This document shows, piece by piece, positions 1 through 9,139 of a DNA stretch of 64,000 bases (its first letter is position 1; each line of letters opens with the position of its first letter). The notes beneath the pieces are model-generated. The model saw only the letters and a list, made by a program, of their open reading frames with translations. It searched no databases and was not told the DNA's origin. This stretch comes from Thermoproteota archaeon (GTDB lineage Archaea; Korarchaeota; Korarchaeia; Korarchaeales; Korarchaeaceae). The DNA lies in assembly GCA_027491435.1 (NCBI GenBank), contig JAOZFG010000004.1, forward strand, positions 160,001-224,000, written 5' to 3'. A program made the translations under genes and the position numbers.

Positions 1-702
1 CCAGGTCACCTTAACGGGCTTGCCCATCTTCTTCTCGAAGTACTTGGCGCCGAAGTAGTATCCCACCTGGAACCTCCAGAGCGGAGGTATGTCCATCCCA
101 ACTAAAGCTCCAATGTTATCGCTTCCCAACTCGTAGGACATGCCTGCCGCTATAATTCCTATAAGGGACGCTACCTCCTGCTCCTTGAAAAGGATGTCCA
201 CCTCGTTATCCCTCACCTTACCGGTGGTGGAGTCTATGAGGGCGAACTTCTGGTTGGGGTACTTGTCGGCCACCTCATCCAGCGGGGATGTCCACAGGAA
301 TCCGACCAATACTAATAGGTCGTACTTGCCCTCGCTGGCCAGCTGCTCCAAGGTAGGCTTCATGTCGGCCAGGGACTTGGGTGTGAGGTAGCTTACCTCA
401 ACGCCTAGCTCCTTTTTGGCCCTCTCAGCCCCTAGCCAGGCCATATCGTTGAAGCTTAGGTCGCCCCTGCCGCCCACGTCGAATAACACGAGAACCTTCG
501 CTTTCTTGGCCTGGGTCTGCGTGGGGGTCTCGGTCTTCTGAACCTCCGCAGTTTTGGTTACCGTCTTAGTTAATGTAGTGGTTACTGTAGTGGTCATGGT
601 CACGGTCTCAGAGGGCTTAGAAACGATGACGGCTCCCAGGGCAATAATCAATACGAGGATGACCGCTCCCATAAGGGCGGTCTTACTTACGCCGCTCCTC
701 AT
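1..702 (-). CDS. BMP/PnrA-family ABC transporter substrate-binding protein (3' end runs off the window)
   Basis: Manual translation from ATG at 702: MRSGVSKTALMGAVILVLIIALG, Thr-rich linker, then VLVLFDVGGRGDLSFNDMAWLGAERA (BMP signature). Not in the ORF track because it is truncated. Confidence 0.9.
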   Translation of the reverse strand, partial: MRSGVSKTALMGAVILVLIIALGAVIVSKPSETVTMTTTVTTTLTKTVTKTAEVQKTETPTQTQAKKAKVLVLFDVGGRGDLSFNDMAWLGAERAKKELGVEVSYLTPKSLADMKPTLEQLASEGKYDLLVLVGFLWTSPLDEVADKYPNQKFALIDSTTGKVRDNEVDILFKEQEVASLIGIIAAGMSYELGSDNIGALVGMDIPPLWRFQVGYYFGAKYFEKKMGKPVKVTW

Positions 703-767
703 AAGACACCCCCTTCTCAAACCCTGTGTCATATTAAAATTATTAATGACCGACTCAAGTATTTAAC

Positions 768-1487
768 ATGGGCATGTTAAAAATGAGGAGGAAGACCTCT
801 GAGCTGACCTTGAAAGTGCTGGCCATAAGGGCCCTCAAGTCGATGGTACAAGCCTACGGGCTGAAGAGAACTTCTGAAATTCTTAAGTTATCCCCCGTAG
901 TGATAAGTCGGTACACCAACGGGAGGACACTCCCTAAAGCGGAGAGGGCTAAAGAACTATTGAAGATATTCAGGGAGCATTATCTGGAGGACGTAGTCAG
1001 GAAGAAGCTGAATGTAAGCGATGGGGTTATAAACATAGCTGACCTGCTACACGACATACAGCTGCTGGACCTGATATCCTTCATAATCTTTCCTAAGTAC
1101 TACAAGTCTGACGTGGACAAGGTCCTGACCAAAGAGGTTGATGGAATACCTCTGGCCACTCTAATTTCGAGGCACCTGGGAGCTAGCCTAGTTGTAGCCA
1201 AGAAAAGGAAGGAACCAGGGATAGAACGCTTTCTTGAGGTTAGGCAGACCTATGAGTCAGGGCTTTACACCTTCATATACATCCCATCAAACCATCTTAA
1301 ACAAGGAGATAACGTGCTCATAGTGGATGACGTGATCAGGAGCGGATCGACCATAAGGGCTCTCGTGAAGGCTGTCAGGGATAGAAAGGCAAGAATAGCT
1401 GGGATTTTCACAATAGTGGCCTTGTCGTCGGGGATAAAATCTTTGGAGGGGGAAGGGCTTCACGTAGACGCCATAGTGAGAATATGA
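768..1487 (+). CDS. HTH-fused purine phosphoribosyltransferase-family protein (PurR-like regulator)
   Basis: N-terminal HTH (SEILKLSPVVISRYTNG) and PRPP-binding motif VLIVDDVIRSGST; divergent from a nucleoside-type binding-protein gene. Confidence 0.8.
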   Translation: MGMLKMRRKTSELTLKVLAIRALKSMVQAYGLKRTSEILKLSPVVISRYTNGRTLPKAERAKELLKIFREHYLEDVVRKKLNVSDGVINIADLLHDIQLLDLISFIIFPKYYKSDVDKVLTKEVDGIPLATLISRHLGASLVVAKKRKEPGIERFLEVRQTYESGLYTFIYIPSNHLKQGDNVLIVDDVIRSGSTIRALVKAVRDRKARIAGIFTIVALSSGIKSLEGEGLHVDAIVRI

Positions 1488-1886
1488 TCAGCTTCCAACG
1501 TACACGTAGTTGTCTGAGGAACCCCCTAATCTCACGGAGACCGTGTATTGAGAGCGAGGGTTGACTCCTGAGCATTTACACATCAGCGTGAGTATTCCCT
1601 GACTGCCCCAGGAGTCTCCCGACGCAATCACTCCGTAAACTTCGCACGGACTTCCGTCCAAGTAGACCTCCCACCCGCTGAGATCGGACACCCCGCTGTA
1701 AGGAACTGACTCGCCGACATTCTTGAGGTAAATTTTAACCTCCTCGTTGAACCCCACGTTGACGTTTAGTATCTTAAAGGAACATCTGGAGGTTCCCTGG
1801 GAGATAGGCTCTAGGAGCCCACTTCCCAGTAAGATTGCTAGCCCTAAACCCAACAGCAATGCTACAACTATTGTCTTAATTCTGAT
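1488..1886 (-). CDS. Pilin-like membrane-anchored protein, probable paralogue of 19239..19703; start uncertain (TTG 1859 or ATC 1886)
   Basis: Hydrophobic N-terminus; IYLKNVG...WEVYLDG.PC...W...LTL...C...YTV aligns by eye with LYVKNMG...WQIFVDNNAC...W...LTI...C...YTI of the pilin. Confidence 0.6.
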   Translation of the reverse strand: MRIKTIVVALLLGLGLAILLGSGLLEPISQGTSRCSFKILNVNVGFNEEVKIYLKNVGESVPYSGVSDLSGWEVYLDGSPCEVYGVIASGDSWGSQGILTLMCKCSGVNPRSQYTVSVRLGGSSDNYVYVGS

Positions 1887-2072
1887 TTCACAACACCTTC
1901 CTCGACTAGTCGTTTGAAGGTTAGACGTATTGTCATATAAAGGTTCCTGTTCACTTTTATTAGCTTACACGGTTTAACTAATCGGCCGTAATATTAATTA
2001 ATTTCTCCATAAATCGTGGATTTATTTACAGTTATACACTCAATTCTGCTATTAAAAAATCAAGTAGTTTAC

Positions 2073-3140
2073 TTAAAGACGGTCTTTGGGGGCGTTAGGC
2101 AGAATTTCGCTCAACTGTTCTAAAGCGTACTTCACCTCATCCCACGTTGTAAACGGGGCAATTCTCAAAACTAACCTGTTCTTTGTGAGATAGTCTTCTC
2201 TACCTATCGCCCTGAGTACGTAGCTGGTTTCTCCACCGACTTTAGACACGTAGACTCCCCTCCTGCTCAACTCCACAATGGCGGCGTCTACGTTACCGTC
2301 TATGGAGACGCTCAAGGTATCCACTGCCTCATCAGGGCTGTTGATGTACACTCCCTCAACCTCACCTAGACCCTTTGATAAGAAGTCCCTCTTCTCCTTC
2401 ACACCCGCCCAGTTTCCCCTAAAGATCTCTATAGCCTTTAACATCCCAGCTAGTGAGGCCACGTTTATCCTACCCCTCCAATGTTCCTGAAGAATAGAGG
2501 GGCCTTCTATAAGCTCGGGGAGCTCCACATCCTCCCTCATGAACAGAATACCGCTGCCCCTGGGAGCATATACCTTAGCGCCGCTTAGGGTCACGACGTC
2601 CACTTCCGGCACGTCCACCCTAAGAAAGCCGTCACAAGCGTCTACATGTAGGAGGGCTTCTACACCCTTATCTTCTAGAATATCCCTGACAGCCTTAATG
2701 TCGTTGATGGACCCCAGCTCTTGATTGACAAGTTGAACGCTTACCAGGGTAACTTCTCTATCTAGGGACTCCTCCAGCCTGTCTAACCTAACATGACCGT
2801 AACCGTCCACTGGCACCTCTACAACTTTCCTCCCAAATCTCCTAGCTGCGTATATGATACTTTCATGCTCTACAGAACTTATTATAATTTTACCCTTAAT
2901 ACCGCTCCTTATTATCAAGTTGTTGGCCTCGCTTCCGCCTGGTAGGTAGATAGCGACTCCTTCGAAGAGGAGTTCGTTAAGGACCTCCTGAAGGTTGTAT
3001 AAAACCTCAAAGGCCTCCAATCCCGGCTTGTACGGGACTGAAGGGCTACCGTAACCTTTCTCAGTTAGGTACTCGTAGACTACTTCGGCCACCTCCTTGG
3101 GAACCTTGGGGGCCGATTCGTGATCCAAGTAGACCTCCAT
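2073..3140 (-). CDS. Class-V PLP aminotransferase, NifS/IscS-like but lacking the catalytic Cys loop
   Basis: YLDH, GSEANN, SSVEHES, HVDA and SGAKVYAPRG (PLP Lys) motifs; SD GGGGTGA 4 nt before ATG. Confidence 0.8.
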   Translation of the reverse strand: MEVYLDHESAPKVPKEVAEVVYEYLTEKGYGSPSVPYKPGLEAFEVLYNLQEVLNELLFEGVAIYLPGGSEANNLIIRSGIKGKIIISSVEHESIIYAARRFGRKVVEVPVDGYGHVRLDRLEESLDREVTLVSVQLVNQELGSINDIKAVRDILEDKGVEALLHVDACDGFLRVDVPEVDVVTLSGAKVYAPRGSGILFMREDVELPELIEGPSILQEHWRGRINVASLAGMLKAIEIFRGNWAGVKEKRDFLSKGLGEVEGVYINSPDEAVDTLSVSIDGNVDAAIVELSRRGVYVSKVGGETSYVLRAIGREDYLTKNRLVLRIAPFTTWDEVKYALEQLSEILPNAPKDRL

Positions 3141-3179
3141 AGGATCACCCCTTTTATCTCTCCGGCTCCCGATACTATT

Positions 3180-4037
3180 ATGGAGCTATGGAGTCAGGTG
3201 GGCAACACCCCTTTGATCAGGCTTAGGGAAGGGAACGTTTACTTAAAGCTAGAATACCTGAACCCAGGAGGTAGCCACAAGGATAGGGCAGTGATCTCAA
3301 TGTTAGAGGACTTAATGGACAAGCATGGTCCTGGAATTAGGATAGTTGAGTCCACCAGTGGGAGTACGGGCGTTTCCCTTGCGCTCTATGGAGGTCTAAT
3401 GGGGTTTGAGGTACACCTGGTGGTTAAGGAGAACGCGAGCCCCATCAAAGTGGGCCTCATGAAGAAGCTGGGGGCTCACGTTTATGTGTGCCCTAACGTA
3501 TCTCCTGAAGATCCTAGGAGCGCTAAGTCTACTGTTAAGAGGTTAGAACAGGAGTTAGAGGCTGTTTACTTGAACCAGAACGCCAACAAGGCCAATCCCA
3601 AGGGGCAGGAGTCCATAGCTTACGAGGTACTGGACAGGGTTGAGGTGGACTACTTCGTGATGGGCGTTGGTACAGGAGGCACCATAACAGGGGTGGGGCG
3701 CGTGTTGAGGAGGGAGGGGGTAAGGGTAGTGGCCGTCACCCCTAAGGGGTCCGCATTGGCCAGGAAGCTGAACCTCCCCGGAGAGTTCGAAGGGGGAATA
3801 GATGGCTATGACTCCGAAGAGGTGCCGGCAAACTTGGACTTGGGGTTGATCGATGAAGTCAGAGCGATCTCCCCCTCGGAGGCCAGGAACTGGGCCAACT
3901 TCTTGGTCAGCAGGGGGATCTTTGGAGGGCCTTCCAGTGGGGCTCAAGTGAAAGTGGCTTTAGAGCTGGCGAAGAGGGGGTATAAGGTACTGACCATAGC
4001 CGCTGATCACGCGCTGTTCCATAACCTTCACGTTTGA
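3180..4037 (+). CDS. Cysteine synthase / cystathionine beta-synthase family PLP enzyme
   Basis: GNTPL, KLEYLNPGGSHKDR, TSGSTG, GVGTGGT; start placed at ATG 3180. Confidence 0.85.
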   Translation: MELWSQVGNTPLIRLREGNVYLKLEYLNPGGSHKDRAVISMLEDLMDKHGPGIRIVESTSGSTGVSLALYGGLMGFEVHLVVKENASPIKVGLMKKLGAHVYVCPNVSPEDPRSAKSTVKRLEQELEAVYLNQNANKANPKGQESIAYEVLDRVEVDYFVMGVGTGGTITGVGRVLRREGVRVVAVTPKGSALARKLNLPGEFEGGIDGYDSEEVPANLDLGLIDEVRAISPSEARNWANFLVSRGIFGGPSSGAQVKVALELAKRGYKVLTIAADHALFHNLHV

Positions 4038-4108
4038 TTTGGTTCGACTATCATTGAAGCAAATCAATTCCGTTTTTATTTTCGAGCTCTTTGAACAACA
4101 GGGATTGT

Positions 4109-4978
4109 ATGAAGAAGGCGATTCTGATAATAGTTGTAGCGGGACTGCTGATAGCTGGTTACGCGATTTACCCAATAGTATTCGAGGGCTCCGGGGCGGG
4201 GACAACCTTTGGGGCCAAAGGGGCACCCAACGTTCCGCTGACCATTACTAGAGCTGCTAAAGCCCCAGTGATTGCGGGTGAACCAAAAGAGGGAGTGCCT
4301 GTGCAAGCTTATCCCACATCAAACGACTTAATGATCGTTGAAACTTTCAGGAAGATATCTTACGAGGCCTTCATAACAGTTGAGGTGGAGGACGTCAGGG
4401 AAGCTGCCTTCCAAGTAATATCCAAGGCCTCAGAGCTCGGCGGCTACGTTTACACCTCTGAAGTTTCGTCTGACTACGCCAACGTCGTCGTCAAGGTACC
4501 GGCAGACAGACTTTGGGACGCCTTAAACTATTACAGGAGGTTGGGGAAGGTTCTTCAGGAGAGGTTGAGCGCTAAGGATGTCACGGAGAGGATATTGGAT
4601 TTGGAGGCAAGGATTAGAAACGCCGAAGCTCAGGAACAGAGGCTCCTCGAGCTATACAGTAAAGCTACTGACGTGAGAGATATGCTCGCCATAGAGGACA
4701 GGCTATCAGCCGTTAGGGAAAAGATAGAGAGGCTGAAGGCCATGAAAAAAGCTTTGGAGAATATGGTGGATTATTCGACAATACACGTGGAGTTAAGAAA
4801 GCCAGGTAAACACGTAGAGCCATCTGACGTAGAAAAATTGTTGAGAGATGCCTACAAAGCCTTCATGGGATCCATTTACATCATAGTGGTTTTAACAGCG
4901 ACGTTACTTCCGGTACTCATCATAGGGGCCTTAGTTTACGTGGCCTATCGCTTAAGTAGGAGAGGAAAGCTTGCTTAG
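4109..4978 (+). CDS. DUF4349-type membrane-anchored coiled-coil protein
   Basis: N- and C-terminal TM helices; DVTERILDLEARI...LLELY...IEDRLSAVREKIE pattern. Confidence 0.75.
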   Translation: MKKAILIIVVAGLLIAGYAIYPIVFEGSGAGTTFGAKGAPNVPLTITRAAKAPVIAGEPKEGVPVQAYPTSNDLMIVETFRKISYEAFITVEVEDVREAAFQVISKASELGGYVYTSEVSSDYANVVVKVPADRLWDALNYYRRLGKVLQERLSAKDVTERILDLEARIRNAEAQEQRLLELYSKATDVRDMLAIEDRLSAVREKIERLKAMKKALENMVDYSTIHVELRKPGKHVEPSDVEKLLRDAYKAFMGSIYIIVVLTATLLPVLIIGALVYVAYRLSRRGKLA

Positions 4979-5257
4979 AACCGCTTGCACTTTGTACTCC
5001 ATGTCTATTTTCTTATCCCTTCTATCATCAATTTTTATCATAGTGACAACCCTTTGAACGCCCTCCTTGAAGGGGGCCTCGTGCATCTCCTTGAGGACCT
5101 CGAAGAGAGTATCTAAGTCGCCTTCTATCACCGTTGAGGTTGGAGTTACCTTGAACTTAAGTCCCCTACTCTTCAGTACCTCTATCGCCTTAGCTACGTA
5201 CTTACTAACGCTGGTTCCAGCTCCCACTGGAACTATGGTTATCTCAGCCATGGGCAT
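4952..5257 (-). CDS. MTH1187/thiamine-binding-protein family
   Basis: AEITIVPVG...SVSKYVA...STVIEG...IKIDDRRDK. Confidence 0.85.
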   Translation of the reverse strand: MPMAEITIVPVGAGTSVSKYVAKAIEVLKSRGLKFKVTPTSTVIEGDLDTLFEVLKEMHEAPFKEGVQRVVTMIKIDDRRDKKIDMEYKVQAVLSKLSSPT

Positions 5258-5290
5258 GTTATCCCCCGTTAAGCTGGAATGGGGAAAAAA

Positions 5291-8200
5291 TTAAGTTGCG
5301 GGCAGGCGAGCGGGCACGTCCTTCCTCAACAACTTGACGTTAAAGCCGAGCTTCCTTATGTCCCTCGCTATCTTCGGATCGGTCACGTAAGCGGGCGCCT
5401 TCAGGGATTCGGCTAGGGCTATAGCTGAAGCGACCTCTTCGTCGATTCCCTTAACCCTCGGGGACTTCTTGGGAACTTTCCTCACCCTTATGTCATTGCT
5501 GACTACATACTTGTCTAGCAACGCCATCAAGTTCTTGTCCTTCTCCACCTTGGAGAATGTCTCCGGGCTCACCACTATGATGTTATCGCTTAATAGAGCT
5601 TCCAACATGCCCCTAACCACAGCCGCCTTAAGGGACTCGTAGTCAAGTACCACAACGCCTCTCTTATCCCTCTTCCTTCTTGCAGCGAGGAACACAAGTA
5701 ACGGGAGAGGGAGGAGGATTAACCACCAAGGCAAGCTTATGGGCGAGGAAGGATAGCTGCTCCTCTCCTTGGGCTTAACGCTTATTACGTGCTCATCGCT
5801 CTTGCCGAACGAAGGGAGGTAAGCCCTGTTTACTATCTTATCCCCGCTGAAGTCCTCTGAGAGGCTGGCACTGAAGGTTATCTTGACGGAACCTCCCTTG
5901 GGCACATTAACTACCCACTCCAGGCTATTTCCACTTCGTTTCGGTTCCTTAAAAGAGCCCTCTACGGTGGCCGAGCTCGGATCGTAGCTCAGATATGGTG
6001 GGAGCTGATCCACCACCCTTGTCCTGGCCCCTGTGGGACTAGTCACAGTTATTGTGTAGAGAACCTTACCTCCTTCCAACTGACCATCTAACTTTATGTC
6101 AGCTATTGGTGGTGGAGGCGGGAGCTTTACCTCCTCCTTCTTCGGCTCCTCCTTGGACACTACCTTAAGTTTGGCGTAGGCCATGGATCCCTTAAACCTG
6201 ACCTCATTTCTAAGCTCTCCCGAGTGAGCCTCAACTTTAGCCCTAAAGGAGATCTCAACTGCCCTCCTTGGGAGTATGACGGGTATCTTCCACCTTAGGA
6301 CGTTCCCACTCCTCTCAGGCTCGTCCTTAACCCCACCAACCTTGGAGGTGCCTGATATGTAGTCTAAGCCTTGAGGTAAGTTGTCGATCACCTCAACCTC
6401 ATTGGCCTGCACGTTCCCTATGTTCTTCACCCTAATTATGAAAGTGACTATATCCCCCTGACTGGCGACGCTTGGCGTTACGAACTTCTCTAAAACTATC
6501 CTAGCCACAGGTTTTTCAGACAGCTTCTGAGGCTGTTCAACTACCTGTCCAGTGCCGCTGTTAGGGGGGAGAGGGCCGGCGCTAGACACAGCTACCATGA
6601 CTATGGGGAGCTCCTTGATCCTATAGGACGTACCGCCTGATGGTGAATTGTCATCTCCATCATCTTTGTCGTCGTTACCTGACGATCCAGGAGGCATCGA
6701 AGGGCACGGAGGGGTAACTCCACCTACAGAGCCCCCTGGGGGGATGACCGGCCTCTCCCTGACGATGACAGTTGACGATGTCGAGTCAGTCCCGTTTAGG
6801 ACCACCACGTTTCTATGAACTCCCTCTTCAACAGCCTCCATGACATAGGTTATCCTCAGGGAGCTGCCCCCGCTTATCCTGCCCTCGGCTATTATGGAAG
6901 TTCCGTTCAACTCGAGCCTGTCCAGCGGATAAGTTGATCTAAGACTTCCCTTGACGAACCTAAGGCCTGACGGCAATTCGTCCACCAGGTTGAACGAGAC
7001 TGTGCCGTGGCCCAGGTTATCCACCCTTATGGCAAACGTCACCTTTTCCCCAACGTAGACGGAGGTGGAAGAAGCTACCTTGGTCACCCTGAGATTGGGC
7101 TCCTCGATGACGTTAACCGAGTCATCGTCGGTTGAGTTGTAGTCGTCCTGCGAGAGGACAGCTACGTTCCTCAGGGTAGTGCCTGGAGAAGCTGTAACTC
7201 TGGCCCTAAAAGTTATAACCGTTGAGGAGTTTGCCGGCACGTCCAAGTGCCAAGCTAGGACGTTGTCCGACCTTGATGGCTCCACGGGGGCTCCATCCAC
7301 TTTAGAGCTTCCTGACACGTACTCCATGCCTTCAGGGAGTTCATCAGTTATAGTAACGTTGTAAGCAGTCCCATTCCCGTTGTTCATTACCAATATGGTC
7401 ACGTTAACCAGGTCGCCGGTCATCACCTCATCGGGGCTCATCTCCTTGGTCACAGATAAGTCCGTGTAAACCCTCACGACAGGATAGTTGGGCCCAAACT
7501 CTGAGGTACCGTAAACCGTCGTTGTGGTTCCAGTTAAGTTAAACTCCTCAGGAGTTCCCTCTGGGAGGTTTATCCACCCGAGAAAATTGCCTTCAATCAC
7601 CTTCAGGCTTCCTAGGTATGATTTGCCCTCCCCGTAACCTGTGGGATCGTCGTCTGATATAAAGAGCTCAACCGTTCCGTTAAATGAGGATGAGCCGTTC
7701 CCAACCCCCTCTCTGTTGACGTAACCCTTGACGAGCATCCTCGAGCCGTACACGACCGCCCACTCTATAACTGGGTAATCCACGTACCTATTAGGCCCCT
7801 CGTCATAAGTTCCATTGTTAGGGGTGACCAGGTCAGCTCCCAGGTCTATGCCCAACAGGCCGTTGTCCCAGAACTCGGTCATGGAGAAAGCGTTACCCAC
7901 GGAGTTCTCCTCCACGACTGCCCCGGAGTAAGTGTTATTGTGTATCCTGCATCCGAAGAAGGTGTTGTTGTGGGAGCCATCGACCCCGTAGATTATTGCT
8001 CCCCAACCGTTGAAGCTCAAGTTAGAATTCTCGACCCTGTTCCTAGAGGAATCCATTAAGTATATTCCGTAACGGCTTCCCGAGACCGTAGAGGAATTGA
8101 TCAGGTTGCCGCTGGACCACTCTAAGTAGAAGCCCGCTACTGAATTGTTGATCGATTTCAACCCTTCGAACGTGTTGTTTTCCGAGTAATCCGCCAGCAC

Positions 8201-9061
8201 GACTCCATATACGTTATTCCCTATTACTGAATCATGTAGGAAGTTGTTGCTGGATCCTTGATAAAGGTAAATTCCTATGCTCTCGTTTCCTATCATGTTG
8301 TTGTCCTCTGAGGTGACGTTAACTATCTCGTTGTAATGGGAATCTTGCAAGTATAGGCCGTACCACCCGTTCCACCTCACGTTAGATCCGGAGATGGTGC
8401 TATTCCTGGTGTACTTCAGCAAGATTCCGCCATAGGTGTTATTCCTTGAAGTTAACCCCTCCACCAGGACCTCTTCGCCGTGACTGATCACAAGTCCAAC
8501 TTTGTTCCTGTAAGACTCAGAGTCAGTCAGGTTGGCGTAGATAGAGTTCTCAATGAGTAGGCCGGCGTCATAGTTGTCAAAGGAAGTCACGTTTTCCACA
8601 GTCACGGCCGATGAGGACGCCACATATATCCCATAGAAGTTCTCCTTCGTTATCACGTTCTTTATAACCGTCTCCCTGGTCCTGAACAAGTAAAGGCCCG
8701 CCATCTGGCTGCCAGCTCCCTTCAGAGTCACGTTGTACAGTTCCACGCCTGAAGTCCCGCTTATCTTGAACGTATGCTGGGAGGTGTTCTGAGCCTCTAT
8801 CACCACAGTTTCTGGCCCTCCATACCCGTAAATTTTAAGGGAGCTCTTCCTGATGACAACGTTTTCCACGTAAGTGCCCGGGCATATGATTACCTCATCT
8901 CCTGGGGAGGCGCTGTCTATCGCCAGCTGTATTGAGTCATAAGTGAGGTCCCCGGAGGTGCAAGAGGAGCCTAAAGCGACCACTATCCTCCTTCCGGTGG
9001 CAGAAACGTGAACTATCCCGGGGAGCAACAGTAGGATTATTAAGACCAGTTGCCTCTTCAT
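5291..9061 (-). CDS. Large surface protein: beta-helix (NosD/CASH-like), DUF11-type Ig repeats, TM helix, cytoplasmic PIN-like domain
   Basis: Signal peptide, IQLAID/PGTY, parallel beta-helix repeats, repeated TK...GD.V.FTI.V.N.G...D.LP.G..Y modules, TM followed by RRKR, then VVLD...AIALA...VTD...LG. Confidence 0.8.
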   Translation of the reverse strand: MKRQLVLIILLLLPGIVHVSATGRRIVVALGSSCTSGDLTYDSIQLAIDSASPGDEVIICPGTYVENVVIRKSSLKIYGYGGPETVVIEAQNTSQHTFKISGTSGVELYNVTLKGAGSQMAGLYLFRTRETVIKNVITKENFYGIYVASSSAVTVENVTSFDNYDAGLLIENSIYANLTDSESYRNKVGLVISHGEEVLVEGLTSRNNTYGGILLKYTRNSTISGSNVRWNGWYGLYLQDSHYNEIVNVTSEDNNMIGNESIGIYLYQGSSNNFLHDSVIGNNVYGVVLADYSENNTFEGLKSINNSVAGFYLEWSSGNLINSSTVSGSRYGIYLMDSSRNRVENSNLSFNGWGAIIYGVDGSHNNTFFGCRIHNNTYSGAVVEENSVGNAFSMTEFWDNGLLGIDLGADLVTPNNGTYDEGPNRYVDYPVIEWAVVYGSRMLVKGYVNREGVGNGSSSFNGTVELFISDDDPTGYGEGKSYLGSLKVIEGNFLGWINLPEGTPEEFNLTGTTTTVYGTSEFGPNYPVVRVYTDLSVTKEMSPDEVMTGDLVNVTILVMNNGNGTAYNVTITDELPEGMEYVSGSSKVDGAPVEPSRSDNVLAWHLDVPANSSTVITFRARVTASPGTTLRNVAVLSQDDYNSTDDDSVNVIEEPNLRVTKVASSTSVYVGEKVTFAIRVDNLGHGTVSFNLVDELPSGLRFVKGSLRSTYPLDRLELNGTSIIAEGRISGGSSLRITYVMEAVEEGVHRNVVVLNGTDSTSSTVIVRERPVIPPGGSVGGVTPPCPSMPPGSSGNDDKDDGDDNSPSGGTSYRIKELPIVMVAVSSAGPLPPNSGTGQVVEQPQKLSEKPVARIVLEKFVTPSVASQGDIVTFIIRVKNIGNVQANEVEVIDNLPQGLDYISGTSKVGGVKDEPERSGNVLRWKIPVILPRRAVEISFRAKVEAHSGELRNEVRFKGSMAYAKLKVVSKEEPKKEEVKLPPPPPIADIKLDGQLEGGKVLYTITVTSPTGARTRVVDQLPPYLSYDPSSATVEGSFKEPKRSGNSLEWVVNVPKGGSVKITFSASLSEDFSGDKIVNRAYLPSFGKSDEHVISVKPKERSSYPSSPISLPWWLILLPLPLLVFLAARRKRDKRGVVVLDYESLKAAVVRGMLEALLSDNIIVVSPETFSKVEKDKNLMALLDKYVVSNDIRVRKVPKKSPRVKGIDEEVASAIALAESLKAPAYVTDPKIARDIRKLGFNVKLLRKDVPARLPAT

Positions 9062-9139
9062 ACTTCCTCAGGTAGACATGCTACAACCCCTAATATTGGG
9101 GGTTAGCCGGAAGTAATAGCTCAATAATAGGTGAATAGC

